From the human T2T-CHM13v2.0 reference genome, Homo sapiens, in the NCBI RefSeq assembly GCF_009914755.1, contig NC_060935.1: a stretch of 64,000 nucleotides of DNA; one strand, given 5' to 3'. This document shows positions 1 through 14,074 of this stretch, one piece after another; the first letter of the stretch is position 1, and each line of letters opens with the position of its first letter. The notes under the pieces were generated by a model that saw only the letters and a list, made by a program, of their open reading frames with translations, ran no database searches and was not told where the DNA came from. Position numbers and translations under genes: made by a program.

Positions 1-361
1 TTCATTTATAAATCGCACACATGTGCTACCATCGCTGGTTCACCTTGGGAAGGGTAACATACATTTGGTGCAAGGTTTGATGAGTATTCATATTTCAAAT
101 AGCCTGCTTGATAATTTTGACTCTTTAAGTGAACTCTGCTAAGATTGTTGATCATTTGGAATCTCTTAGTTAACTTTTTGTTCAGTCTTATGAAAATAAT
201 CATTTCTAACCTCATAGCGAGGTTGAGGAAAGTATTTAATATTAGGAGTAGAAGAAGTATCAGCTCTGCCATTTTGTTTGCTTGTACTCGCACTATTAGT
301 ATTATCTTCCATTTGTATTTACCTTGCAAGAAACCTTTAAAGCCACTTTACCATTTTATGA

Positions 362-814
<453 letters not shown>

Positions 815-1231
815 ACTGTCCCTCTTTCTGTGGAGTAGATCTTGATCTCCCTCAGAATGCCTCATGTGCTGGTCCAGACATGTAACCAAGTAACACAGAG
901 ACCAAAGGAACAAATCGGTGAGAATCCAACATTCTATAGAAATAAACCAGTCTTGCTTTCTTATTTCTTAAGATAAAAGAAACACTGTATAGATAGAGCC
1001 CCTAAAATTTTCTTCCTGTTCTCATGGCCCACCTTCGGTATCTACCTTGGGACTATGATAGTGTGTATGTGACTTTTTTGTATACAAAATAAACTTGAAT
1101 ATGCTATTTATTATTATACCCCAAAGCCAACTTCTCATTGTGCTTCAATCTTTATAACTTATTTCAAAGCTCATCCTATATTTACCATGTATATTTTCCA
1201 ATAGCCTTATGCCCAAACCAGTAAAACTTGA

Positions 1232-1426
<195 letters not shown>

Positions 1427-3499
1427 TAAGTTACAGGGGTCTTCTGAGTGACTGAGTCCACGTTCCTCATGTACAGGTGAGGTCAGTGATATCTGAAGGT
1501 GGGGCATCCCTTCCATCACTCCTTGAGGAGGGGGTACCACCAGCTCCGCCATGGTGCCGTGACACCACCTGGGGCCATCTAACAGCAAGATGGCCCAGCA
1601 CTTACTAGTGTCTTCAGGGACCTGAGGCTGTGCTTCCCGCAGAGCCCAGAAACCACTGTTCTGTGGCCTCCTAGCTAAGCATGGCTGTTGAGCTCCTTCA
1701 GACACCAAGGGAGCGTGAGCTCCCAGGCTGCAGAATCAATCTGTCAAGGCTGTGGGCAGCCTGGCTGCTCAATGCTGATGCTTCAGGCTGAGTCCTCTCC
1801 CATAGGAATCTTCTGGAATATTTTCTGCTGGCTGATAAAAGTGTACACAAGACCAGAGCCCTTGACTTGTCCACCATACTATGCTTCCAGGGAACTGAGC
1901 CCATCGACTATGGTGAGGGAGAAGCAGGACTGAGACAGTCTGGCCAGCAGGGAGCAAGGCCCTTGTCCCAGCTAAGTGGGTTGGTCATGTCTGGGGACAT
2001 GGCTCAGAAATACCGTCGTTGTGCCTGGGGACATGGGATATGTGGTGCATGTTCAGATAGGCTGTTTTCTATGCTGTGTGGCCAGAAGCTTGTTTCAAAG
2101 AAGACTTTTCAGGTGATGGTTTGTGCTGTTAGAAAAATACAAGGCAGCTCTGCTAAAATGTGACTCTAGCCACAGTCTCTCAGCAGACAAGTTCATTTCA
2201 TGACCATGTGTCTCGCCTTCTGTCAGGGACAGGGCAGGTCCTGCTTCACCAGGAAAGGGGAAACCAGAATGAACCATGATCAGACCCACTTCATGGGGAA
2301 GGGGCTGATGCCAGGCAGAAACGCAGCTAAGGGAGTCTGCACAAAGTTCAGCTCAATAGGCTGGAGCTGAGGTGCACAGCAATACACAGCTGGCCTGTAA
2401 TGGAAATAATAATTCAAAGGATGAGGGAGGAGGGGCTGACAGGAAGACAGCCATGGTGAAGGGGCTCCCAGAGGCATCTGGATGTGGACGTCCCGTGTGT
2501 CACTAGGTTATCATGCCCAGGTACAGCAGGGATGGAGCTCCAGACCCAGATGTGGCAGGGATGGGAGCCTGTCAAAAGAGGGCAAGGTTTGAGTCCTTTG
2601 GTGCCAGGGCACTAGGCTGCTGAAGTCAGACACAGAAAGTGGGGCCAGGATTCAGGGACAAGGCAGAAAGCCATTTGGCACAGCTGGCAAGTCATGGGTC
2701 AGACAGACAACAGTAGGAAGGATGTGAGGTTGAGCAGCTGGGGCTGCTCTAAGTCCTTCTTCTCAGATTGGGATTGGTCCTAGAGGCCTGCAGCGTTAGA
2801 CCCACAGGGTGGACTCACATGGCCCCCACTGTGGTGGGAGGAGGAGATCCAGGCAGGGGAGGCACGAGGGGCTGGATCTCTCCCCTCTAGCAAAATGCCA
2901 CACAGAGGCCGCATCCCTCCCTGTCAAGCCCCTCACTGTGGGATTTGCTTGGAGCAAACTCTTAATGCCTCTGAGATCTAATTGGAGGGCCAGTTAGACT
3001 ACATGCAGAGGTGTCTGCAAGGCCTGATCCTATATTCTCTATTGAGGGCAATATTAGTAATGTGAAACATGGCTCTCTAAATATTTTAACTTCTTATTGC
3101 TTAAAATTTCTCAGTGTTGGATAAAAATGCAGAAAGTCTTTGATTTACAAACAGCAGAATTACAGTTTATAGTTTGAGATATACGAACCTTCACTTGGGA
3201 CTCCAGGTTCTCTGGGACTCAGGCCTGGCTACTAACTTGCTGAGCCAGGGGCTCTCTCTGGCCTTGGAGATTCCTCTTCCAGCACAGAGGGCTGATGGTC
3301 TGGAAGGTCCATTCACCCCTGCCATCCTAAGGTGCTAGGACATTTGCCCCAATTACACAACTACACCGATGCTTCAGGTTAAGATTCTCATTTTTCTCCC
3401 AGTTCTCAGTAGTGACGCTAAAACCTGTATGTATACTAATGCTATAGCTAATGCTAATATTAACATTACTGCTATTTAGTGACAGTGGCCACTATCACT

Positions 3500-3710
3500 T
3501 AAATGAATGCTTACTGCCCTAATACCTAAGTGTTTTACATGTGCTAACTTAATCCCCACAAAATCCCCATGAGATATGGATTATTATTTTCATAGTGTAG
3601 AGGAGGGAAGTGAGGCACAGAAAGATTAAGAGACTTGTCTAAGGTCACACAGCTAGCAAACAGTGAGGCTGAGAGTCCAACCTCTGAGGTCAGTGCTCTT
3701 CAGCATGAAG
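3500..3710 (-). mobile_element. MIR SINE
   Basis: Reverse MIR core (gaagtgaggcacagaaagattaagagacttgtctaaggtcacacagctag); boundaries approximate. Confidence 0.75.
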
Positions 3711-3869
3711 CCTTACTGCACATGGGTTTTTTATGATGTAGTAGAATATTGGAGAGAAAGTCAGGGCCAGGTGGGGTGCTAGGGTTGTAGTGGCACCACA
3801 CTGTATGGATTTCTGAACTGAAGATGCTGAGCAGGGAACATAAAGGACTCAGCGGAGATGAAGACAGGC

Positions 3870-4095
3870 TCAGTACATGGGCTCTAGAGCCAACTGGGCG
3901 TGGCTTCCAATGTTGGCTCTGCTATTACAAGCCCTATGACCATGGCCCAGATTACTTAAATTCTCAGTAGCTCAGTTTTCATTGCTTAAAACAAGGGTGA
4001 TAAAGTCCCTATATCATAGGGTCTGCCAGAGATTTAAAGGTGTTACTACCTATAAAACATTCCAAATAGAATATCCTTGGTAAATGTTAGGTGTT
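3870..4095 (+). mobile_element. MIR SINE
   Basis: ttacttaaattctcagtagctcagtttt...tggtaaatgttag resembles the MIR core and 3' end; approximate. Confidence 0.65.
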
Positions 4096-5406
4096 AGTAC
4101 TGAACGCATGCTATGAGCCAGACATCGGGCTTCTGGGTATTTTATCTCATTTAATCTTCCAAACAACCTGGCAGGGTGGAATTAGTGACCCCACATCAGA
4201 GGGGAGGAAGTTGAGTCTCACCAGCCCAAGGTCCCATGTTCTCACTTTCCCAAGGACTTGAATCCAGGCTCTCTCCCTCTAACCCAAGCTGTTCCCGCTG
4301 CACCACAGCATCCTCTGCTAATGCTTTCTGTGATGGACAACTAGGAACAAGCTCAAGCTACAAAGCAAACAGAGATCGTAATTCATTTTTGAAATCAATA
4401 AAGGGATGATCAAGTGGCAGAGGAGGAGTTGTTAGCTGCTCATCAGGATGATGTGAGAAGTCGTTGCCTGCATCCTGAATTGAATCACCTAGTTGCTTTA
4501 TCATCATAAACATTCATTTCAACGCGGGGAGGGATTTTTAAAAAACCAACATGAATAATATATAATGGCTGACATTTTGGAGGAAGCAGGATCTTTGCCT
4601 TCTTCTATCTTCCATCAGGTAATTTATCATTGTCTTTCTTTCCTTTTTTTTTTTTTTTTTAAACTGATGGGGTACCCTGTCAGCTCAGCTTGTTCTGAAA
4701 ATGCAGGAGTATAATTCAATAATAAATTTGCTCAGAGGCCAGCTGTCAGGAAGTTGGTGTTTATTTGAAGTCCATTAGATGATCTCTGCTGCTCGCCCTC
4801 TTGAGGGCTTCCTGAAGGCTGTCTAAAGCCTGGGTGGAGGTGTGGGGTGGGGAGCAAATGCTCTTCTGAAACTGCTATGCCACTGACGCTTGCATATGGC
4901 TTTAGGTTCACAGTGGGCTGATAAAAAATCACATTGCATACATGGTCATTTCTCTTTTCCATCATTTTTCACTCTTGAAAACTCTTGCTTTTAAAATTCC
5001 TGGAAGCTTTGTGCCTTTCTATAGGGTGTGAATGGAATTCTAAGACTTAGGTGGAATCAAGGTTATTTCACTCCTGTTTAGAGCCAGTTTTAGGTCCTGA
5101 TTGAGATGAAATGCTGGAACTTGGTTAGTGAACGGGTGAGGGTCAGATCTTTCTCAGTTCCTGCCCCTAACCCACTTTTCTGGCCTCATAGTTCCCTATG
5201 TTCTTCTTTCTCCCACATGCCCCCTTTGCTCACCATGCTCATATACCACAGATTTCCTAAGCCCATCTTGATTTCAAATGTCAGAGCACGTCTTCTGACC
5301 TTTGATGTGGAAAATAATGTCACCATAATTATCCTCCAGACACATTAAAATTTTCTCCATTCTCCGATTGTCCTGGAAAGTTATGCTGTTGCTCACACTG
5401 GTTCTG

Positions 5407-5682
5407 CAGTATAGAATGCTTTCTACAATCCTGTTCAACTGAAACCCACAGTAAGCAATACAGCTTATCCAGTAGTTCATGCATACACATACACATGTAA
5501 CTGAAATAAGTTTCATGAAATACATATTCTTTTTACAGTGATGCACTGATATTTTCTATTTCCTTCTACTCCATTCCAGTTAAATTTACTTCTCTTTTTG
5601 AAAAGAATAGTTTCGACCTGCTGAATTGATTTCATAAGGTACTAATGGGTTTGTTGTGACCTGCAATTTGATAAATGATGCT
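5407..5682. mobile_element. hAT-Charlie-like non-autonomous DNA transposon remnant
   Basis: aattgatttcataaggtactaatgggt...gacctgcaatttgataaatgatg resembles Charlie-family termini; subfamily not assignable by eye. Confidence 0.55.
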
Positions 5683-6135
5683 CTAATGGCCAAGTCTCCT
5701 GACTGAAATTTTTGTCTCAGGCTGAAGGCCATCTCCTGCCAGAAGTCTTCATTTGTTCATTTGTTTTCAACAGCAAACTTTTAATATTGTCTACTCTAAG
5801 CCCGCCCTGTGTTACATGCTGGAGAAGCAAAGCTGTAGGAGAGGCAGCTCTCATGGTGTAGGCTCAGGGGGCAGACGTGCAGTGAGAGTGATGGTCTTGC
5901 CTTTGAGCTCACAGAGCACTTTTGTCTCTACTTCTCTTCAGGCACTCAGCAGGGACTGGCTAATTCATTGATTTATTCTATCATTCACTGTGGTTCACTC
6001 TGTGCCAATTCCTTTGGGTTCAATGACAAACAAGGCATGGGACCCACAAAGAGCCCCCAAAGTAATGGGGTGAGATATCTTCTTCTTCCACACCTAGTAC
6101 AGAGTAGGTGCTGGTCAATATTTACCAAATGAGGC

Positions 6136-6136
<1 letters not shown>

Positions 6137-6168
<32 letters not shown>

Positions 6169-6180
6169 TGTGTGTCTGTG
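6137..6180 (+). repeat. (TG)n microsatellite, about 15 perfect units plus interrupted units
   Basis: Read directly; occupies the position of the adjacent Alu's tail. Confidence 0.95.
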
Positions 6181-6467
6181 TTTTGAGACAGGGTCTGGCT
6201 CTGTCACCCAGGCTGGAGTGCAATGGAGTGATCTCTGCTCTCTGCAACCTCTGCCTCCTGGGTTCAAGTGATTCTCCCACCTCAGCTTCCTGAGTAGCAT
6301 GGACCACAGGCGTGCACCACCACACCTGGCTAATTTTTTGTATTTTTCATAGAGACGGGGTTTTGCCACATTGCCCAGGCTGGTCTTGAACTTCTGAACT
6401 CAAGCGATCCATCTGCCTCGGCCTCCCAAAATGCTGGGATTACAGGCGTGAGCCAGCATGCTTGGGC
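6181..6467 (-). mobile_element. Full-length Alu
   Basis: Both arms present; flanking GCTTGTGTGT at 6134-6143 and 6469-6478. Confidence 0.95.
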
Positions 6468-6769
6468 AGCTTGTGTGTTTTTCTCTGCTCTGTCCCTCGC
6501 TAAGCCTGCCCAGTCTCTCCTCCTCATAGGCTCTGACCCTCTGTATAGGATACGATTCTCTGCCTCCTTTGGGGTAAATTCTCTGGTCACCCATCCTTCC
6601 TTTTGCTAAAGTCCCCTGACTTCTTGAGCCTTTTCTCTTGGGGCTCAGTGTCTCCTGTCAGCTGAGTCTTGTAGCTCCCTGTCCACGACCATCTATTGCC
6701 TGATGGAGCCAATAACCTATTAGAATTAGAGGAACCCAGCAAGATTTGCCATCACATGATTTCTCAAAT

Positions 6770-6823
6770 TCCCTTCCTCAAATAATGATTCAACAATCTA
6801 AACCTGCCTCCTCTCTGGGTGGT
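6770..6823 (+). repeat. Copy 1 of a 54-nt dispersed direct repeat (copy 2 at 8060-8113)
   Basis: 52/54 identical by direct comparison. Confidence 0.95.
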
Positions 6824-8059
6824 TGTAATACTGTGTCCTCAAACCTATTCTGAATCTATATTTGAATAACCTGGGGGTGGTTCGTCAGAACCTCTTCCTG
6901 TAACTTGCTAACCTGTCCAGCATCGGCAACCTGTAACTATTCACTGAGGGGATATCTGACCCACATCCAGCCCTTTCAGTCAGAGGAGTCCTCCCCAAGA
7001 GCACAGATGCACCCAACAACGGGAAACAGCTCTGGCTCGAGTGCTTGCCCAGGAGAGGTCTCACGTTGCCCTCCCTTTCCCAGCTCTCTGATCCCAAACC
7101 CCACAGTGTGTGTCCTGGACTCTTTGTATTGACAGTGCAGTTGGAGGTCCTGCAGACCTCAGAGCTCCTCCTCTCCTAAGTGTCAATAGTGGACACCCTT
7201 CACTGTATTCTCCCCATGACTCCATGGGAGGGACAAGTATTCCACTAGGCAGATGGGACCCGGGCATCCAGGCCAGGAGAGAATGGTGGTATTCAAACCA
7301 CTTAATCTGGTGACAGTGGTTCCCATGCCTACTCTGTCCCCTCCTACTTTAGGTCATCTCTGTCACTCTCCATCACAGCTCTGTCACTTTCTGTGGGTTT
7401 GAGGACAGCAGTGGCAGGATGTCAGATAGAGCTACTGTATTCATTAAACCTGCATTAAACACCTGCTCTGGACCCAGCACTGTGCGGGGCCCTGGGGACA
7501 CAGATGAACCAGAGAGGGCCCCTCAGGGAGGCCTTCATCACTCCAGGAGATGGGGTCTGGCCTCTGAGGAAGTGAGTCTTGGGGAGAGCCCTGGGTGCTG
7601 GGGACTGGCTTGCTTGCTTTCACACCCAAGGTAGGCCAGTTGGCTCCAAGCCCTGGGCTTGAATTCCCCTCCCTCCTCTGGTCCCAGCAGCTGAGGTCCC
7701 AGTGTGCCTCATACTTGAGGCTCCCTGAGGCTGACCCAGCTGGGAATCTGCAGAGAGAAGGAGCTCCACTCTGAGGCCTGCCTTTCCTTGCTGGTCTCAG
7801 AAATGCTGTTGGGTTCTGGGTGACAACCTGCTTCCTGGAGGCTGTTAAATGAAATCTCAAACTACAAATTGTGGCACAGCACATGGGGTGCAGGAGAATA
7901 TGGGGTTTTGTTGGTTGGACACAGGCCTAATTGTCATACACAGGCACCAAGTCAGGTCTGCCTCCCCATCAGAAATTCCACTCTCTGGAGAAACGCCACT
8001 GGGCTCCACTCTAACAAGGATCCCAACTGACAGCTGGCTGGCAAGAATGCAGCCTTTTC

Positions 8060-8113
8060 TCCCTTCCTCAAATAATGATTCAACAGCCTAAACCTGCCTC
8101 CTCTCTGGGTGGT
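8060..8113 (+). repeat. Copy 2 of a 54-nt dispersed direct repeat (copy 1 at 6770-6823)
   Basis: 52/54 identical by direct comparison. Confidence 0.95.
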
Positions 8114-10454
8114 CGCTGGACCTGGAGGGCAGGTTCCTCTCAAGTTTTACTTTCCATTAAGGAAGTGGATTTGGAAACTCTTTTTAATTAACATCATCAT
8201 CACCGCCATGTAATTAGCAAGCAAGTTTTTGTGTGGCAGGTACTAGGTTGAGACTTTATGTACTTTTTGTTCCCATTTAATTCTCATAGCAATCCCTAGA
8301 CACATAGACGTTAACACCCTAATCTTACAGATGAGCAAGTTGGAGCTCATATAAGTGAACAATTTAGGAATTTTCCTAAGGTTACAAAACTGGAAAGTGG
8401 ATGCAACAGCCTTTTAATCTTGGTCTGTCAGATTCCCAGGCTTGTGCTATTTTCACTATGATATGCGGCTGCTACAAAAGCCACCATTTACTGATCACCT
8501 AATATGTACCAAGCCCTGGGCCAGGTGCTTTATTTTAGTTTATCCTTTCAACAGCTTTCATGAAAGAGTACCATTATTGCCAATTTATAACTAGAGCCAC
8601 CTACACAAAGGTTAAATCATTTCCCTGAGGTCACACACAGCTAGTGGGAGGTAAAGCCAGGATTGTAACTCTGGGCACTTGCTATTATACCAAACTCCCT
8701 CATATGAGAGGACAGAAAGCAACTACTTAAACTGGGTAGTTGATTTCACTTTATCCCAGCTGTGCAAATAAGCACTGTCCTACTGGTCCAGACCAAGATC
8801 ATCGAATACCAAGTAGTTAGTCTAATGAGAAAAGCATCTGCTGCCTCATGTTTCTACATTTCTAGTCACTTGGGCATATTTTACACAGGAATCTGTTTGG
8901 GGGTCCTTCCTGATAGCTGTTTCTTCTGAATCTAGATCAGTGAAGAGCTGGTACATAATGATTCTGGCAAATGTTAGGTAAAAGGAATTTTTACAGTAAC
9001 TTTTTTTTTTTTTTTAAAGAGACAGTAACATTTTGGAAGCTTCCATTATCTATTCATTTGTAGAGCAAATACTATATCCCTGGCCCTGGCCAAAGTATTA
9101 CAGGTTTGGAGAGATGAATGGTCTCTGTTTTCAAAGTGTATATAACCAACTGAAGGTGACAGATATATAAACAATGATCTGCAAAGTTGACTTCTTCTGC
9201 TTCTGTGACTAATCTGCAATGTGATTTTTAGCAGGTGATTTAACTTCTCTGGACTCTGAATCCTCAGTATAAAATTAGGTAAAATAGATAATATGTCCAT
9301 CCTTCCTCCCTCCCTCAGTTCTTCCATTTCTTTATTCTTCAAGGCAATTTATATGTATATGTTTTCAGCAACTACTAAGTGCTAAAATGTGTAAGATGAA
9401 GTGTTTCCCTGGAGGACTTGGTTTACAGGGGTTGACAGACATTTACAGGATGCACTCTATTAAGCTGCTTGTCCAGAGCTATGTATCTAGAGCGGCAGAG
9501 CCAGGATCTGAAGACCAAGCTGGCCTCTCTCTGAGGCCTGTGTCTTCCCTACTGCTGAGGGGTCCATTTTCCCCAGCACAGGCTTCTCAAACTCCATACT
9601 TGGCTGGCTCCTTGAGGCCAGTCAGACTTGCTGGAGCAACAATACCGAGACCTGTGTGCAGGTCCCACAGTGGCTCATGGCGCTTAAGCAGCAGGCTCAG
9701 GAAGTGACCAGGAGGACACACAGGGGACGTGTCCCTGCTGGCATTGATCAGGCTGGCATGGCAAGGGCATCCAGTAAGCAGAACAGCCATAGGCAGCCAA
9801 CAAGCCATGGCCCTAATTGGATCCAATAATGGGCCCCGTAAAGAATGACTGAGCAAGTGACAATTTCCTTGGTAGGAATATTAGCTATATCTCTAGTGGA
9901 TTAAAAAAACTCACACTGTGGGAAGGCCTACAAGCATACATACAAAATCACACAACTGAAGAAAATAGCAGGAAGCTTCCCACCCAGAGACAGAAGCAGC
10001 ATTTCTGGCCAAGATAAATGAATAGGTTTTCTCCTCACTCCGGCTCTGCCACTTGACTAGCCTTGTGAATTTGGGAAAGTTACTTAACCTCTCAGCTTCT
10101 CAGTACTCCGGGGGTAAGTTGGAGGGTTCGGACCATCAAGTAGCTTCACCTCTAGAAAGGTGGAGGTTTGAATTCTGCCACGCACTTGCTGGGCTTCCTT
10201 CATCTCACCTTTCTCATCTCGTCACGACTCCTTGCAAGGATGGGCTAGGGTGGTGGAAAGTGCAGGGGCTCCTTCCCGAGTCTGACAGACCTGCATGTCT
10301 GCATCCCGCTCCGTCATGTTCCAGCAGTGAGGACTTCTCTTTGGCTTCCCTTGTCACCCTCTGGGGATGACAGCAGCTGCCTCACAGGGAGGCACCCCAT
10401 GGCTTCTTCTTCAGTCCCTGCTCTTTTCTCATTACATATTCCCCTTGAGCAAGG

Positions 10455-10755
10455 TTTTTTTTTCTCCCTGAGATGGGGTCTTGCTCTGTCACCCAGGCTG
10501 GAGTGCAGTGGGACGGTCTTGGCTCACTGCAGCCTCAACCTTCTGGGCTCAAGTGATCCTCCCACCTCAGCCTCCTGAGTAGCTGGGAGTATAGGTACCT
10601 GCCACCACACCCAACTAATTTTTGTTTTGTTTTTTTGGAGAGATGGGGTTTTGCCATGTTGACCAGGCTGGTCTCGAACTCCCGGGCTCAAGTGATCTGC
10701 CCGCCTGAGCCTCCCAGGGTGTTGGGATTACAGGCATGAGCCACTGCGCCCAGCC
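10455..10755 (-). mobile_element. Full-length Alu (AluJ-like)
   Basis: gctcactgcagcctcaaccttctgggctcaagtgatcctccc is J-type; both arms present. Confidence 0.93.
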
Positions 10756-10789
10756 TCCTCGGGCAACCTTTTGTGTGCTCATGGTTTCA

Positions 10790-11640
10790 ACTGCTTGTTC
10801 ATTGATGGCTCCCAAATCAAGAACTCTAAGCCCTAACTCTAAATGAGCTCCAGAATTACTAACTGCAGATAGACATTTACTCGTGGGTGGCCTACTGTGG
10901 TGTGTCCCTTTATCACCTTGCTCCCACCCTGCTCCTGCTCTCTGCTCCTCAGCCTGGTGAAAATACCACCATTTACCCAGGCATTCAAGCGGGAGACTCC
11001 TCTCTGCAGCATCCCGCAGACACAATCAGTTACCAAGTCCTGCTGATTTCCCCTTTAAATAGAGCTTGAAAATGTCCCTTACCCTTCCTACCCCCATCAC
11101 TACCCCATTGTTCCCTCAGGACAGGGACCCTCTGGCACAGAAAAATGAACATACGAGGTGCACGGTGACTGCTGAATTAACCACACTGACTTTTAGAGAA
11201 AGTTCTGCACATATGAGGCACCACTACGTTGGAAGACATTCAAAAGAAATGATTATAAATCCCTGCTCTTGGATATGCTGTTCACTGCCCTGATCTAGGG
11301 TGCAGAGATTAGAGAGCTATTTTGTGTCTCTGGGTCTTTGCATGAGCTCTTCCTTCTCCCTGGCACACTCTCTCCCTTCCTTGCCTAGTTAACCGTCTCT
11401 CCTCTTTAAGACTTGATTCTAAAGCCCTGGCCTCCCTCCTACCCAGGAGTACATCCTCTGTGCTCCAGAGTACCCTGGGGACAAAGTTCTGGCCTAATCA
11501 CACTGTAACTGTCCCTTTTTTGTCTTCCTAGTGGACTGGGAGTGACCAACAATCAGGAACTGTGTTCTGCTCAACTCTGCAATCCCAGCAAAGGACCTGC
11601 CACAGACCTCCGTATAAAATTGTCCAATGGATGACACAAC
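10790..11640 (+). mobile_element. L2 LINE fragments
   Basis: Pyrimidine-rich L2-like motifs (tggctcccaaatc, accaccatttacccag; 3'-end-like block near 11330-11635). Probably several pieces; approximate. Confidence 0.55.
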
Positions 11641-12091
11641 TGAAAACAGGGAGATTGTATGGGTATGTGGCCTGGGATGGCAGCAGATGTACCCACCCCC
11701 TGCCTAGCAAAGTCTTCTGGATGTCTGCTTTGAGGGTGAGCAGCATCAATGCCTTTCAGTTCATCTGGAGACCACAGGATCAGTAAGAGCTGACTGCAAA
11801 GTGGGTATTGATCCAAGATTCCCCTTGGACCTTTGGTTTCTCACTGTCTTCATCTGTCACCCAGTGGGAGCAACAAAACTTTGCTCATAAAAATTCCAAA
11901 CTCCTTGGAGAGTAGTTTTATAAATGTAGGTACCTGAGGCTGCTTCTCTGCCTCCCCCGACATTCCATCAGGAACCATGGATGCTCTCACGTTCCTGGCT
12001 TCCTCCCACCCCCATTCATCCAAAAGAGGCTCTAGAGTGATTCAGTTCTCCCTCAGAGAGCCCTGGCTGGAGCTGGGGCCCTCGGACTCAC

Positions 12092-12308
12092 CCTCCATCA
12101 AAGGGGTTCTCCCCGGGGATTATGTGCGTGCTGTCCCTGCCCACGAGGAACTTGATGCGGTCATAGAAGGAGTGTAGGTTCTGCTGTGACACAGGGACCT
12201 GTGTCTCCTGGATGATGTCCAGAGGGTTAGGGGAGCCAAGGCACAGCGGGTTGATATGGCACAGGGGCTGGAGGCAGCAGTCAGGGTCCATGCAGTCCAC
12301 CAGGCCAT
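12092..12308 (-). CDS. TENM4: TENM4 coding exon, 217 nt, Cys-rich region
   Basis: Acceptor CACTCCTGCAG|AT, donor AGG|GTGAGT, phase 1-2. Reads (D)[71 protein letters not shown](G). Confidence 0.97.
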
Positions 12309-12379
12309 CTGCAGGAGTGACAGAGCATGTGGTTTATATTGCTATGTTCAATCAGCCATGTTTATCCAGAATGCCTTAA

Positions 12380-13010
12380 TTCATTTCTTCTCTATTTTTC
12401 ACTCATTCAAAAACTTTATTAAATGCTGATATAAGCCAAAGTCTTTGCTGGGCACCAAACAGATGCAAGTGACTCAGATGTGGTCCTAGCTCACTAGTCT
12501 AGAAGGAGAGATAGACAGTAAGTGTACAGTGTCTGTACTGTATGTTTTTCCTTCCATCGAGAATAGAAGAGATTGTATGTATGAAGACCCAGAAGTGAGA
12601 TAACACATGAACATTTGTGATGCTATATTCAAATGCTGATGGCCAGAAGGTGAGTGGAAGAGCACCATGTGAGGCTGCTGAGGTTGACAGGGGCACACCA
12701 GGCTGGGCCTTGCAGGCCAAGTTAGGGAGTTTGAATTTCACCCTCAGAACAATGGGAATCACCGAAGGCTTTTAAGCAGGAGGTGACTTCATCTGGTGTG
12801 CACTCCTGAAACCAAAGGGGGCCTCAGTGGGAGCTGGGAGCCAGACAGGAGAAGAGGGCATCGCTGAGGTTGCACAGGTGAAAAATAAAGGTTGCTTAGA
12901 CTGCAGTAGTAACAGTGGCAATTAAGAGAAGTAGATGGTATTGAGAGACATTTAGGAGGTAAAACTGTAAGCCCTGGTGACTGCCTGGCTTTGGGAGTGA
13001 AGGCACAGCA
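12380..13010 (-). mobile_element. L2 LINE 3' fragment
   Basis: attcatt/cactcattcaaaaactttattaaatgct tail, then ggccttgcaggccaagttagggagtttgaattt...gaaggcttttaagcagg. Confidence 0.75.
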
Positions 13011-14074
13011 ATTCTCAGCGTCTCTCCCAGCCTCAGTGTAAGCGTGTGGCCTGCGGCTGAATCCTCGGTCCTCTGGAGGCCTGCTCTGCTTTCTGTGAGA
13101 GGAGGCTGCAGGGATATTTGTGCTTTTTGAGTTTGCTGGATGGTTTCAGATCCCTGACAGAGTTTCCATTAGCAGGGAATTCTCTTTACCACATGGATGG
13201 GCTTCTTCAGGACTGGAACTTGTATTACAGCTCTACTATCTTCCCAAAGTACAAAGAAAGTCCACCAGATCACAGATTTTTGGCCTCATTATATCAAAGT
13301 ACTTTTACAGGCACCTAATATTAATAGACCAGCTTAAAATACATAACAAAGAGATAAGCAGGTAGTGTCCAAAGTGGTGGACAGGAAAAGCCCAGGGGTA
13401 CAGTCTATGTGCTTTGTCGGCAGACAACAGTCTAACGACATGTATTCCTGCCTGGGTTCAAATTCTGGCTCTGCTGCGTCTCAGCTGTGTGACTTTGGGA
13501 AACTTCCTCACCACCGTGGGAGCGCACAGATCTGTTCTGTGTTCCAGCACTTAGGGGAAGTGCTTAAAACATAACTGCTATACAAATAAATGAATGGGAA
13601 TTGAATGAATTAAATAGTGAAGCAGGGGTTGTGACAAATGCCAGTCCATAAAAGCCAGAAAACTGTAACTTCATCCCATTGAGGTAAGCAGTGTGCTATG
13701 GTAGGAGGACCATGATGTTCAGAGACTAAAGTTCAAGACCAAGTATGGCCCCCAACAGTGACCCTGGACAAGTTCCTGTACTTAGTCTCTCTGAGCCACA
13801 TTTCATAAATAATGTGGGAGTAACAGTGATATACCTACTTCTCTAGTTTTCTCCATGGAGTTTACAATACAGAAGCTGCCCACCAAAGTACTGCAAATGC
13901 ATTGGTTAGACTTGGTGTCCCCGATCCTCCTTGCTAGTGGTGTGGCCTCAGGTAAGCTACTTGACTGTCCTAAAACCTAGTTTTTTCCTTAATAAATTAG
14001 TAACAAAAAGCCTTTCTGTTTCTCTCCCATTTCTGCATGGTGCCCAGAAGCTTATAGTCTCCTTGAAGGCAGAT

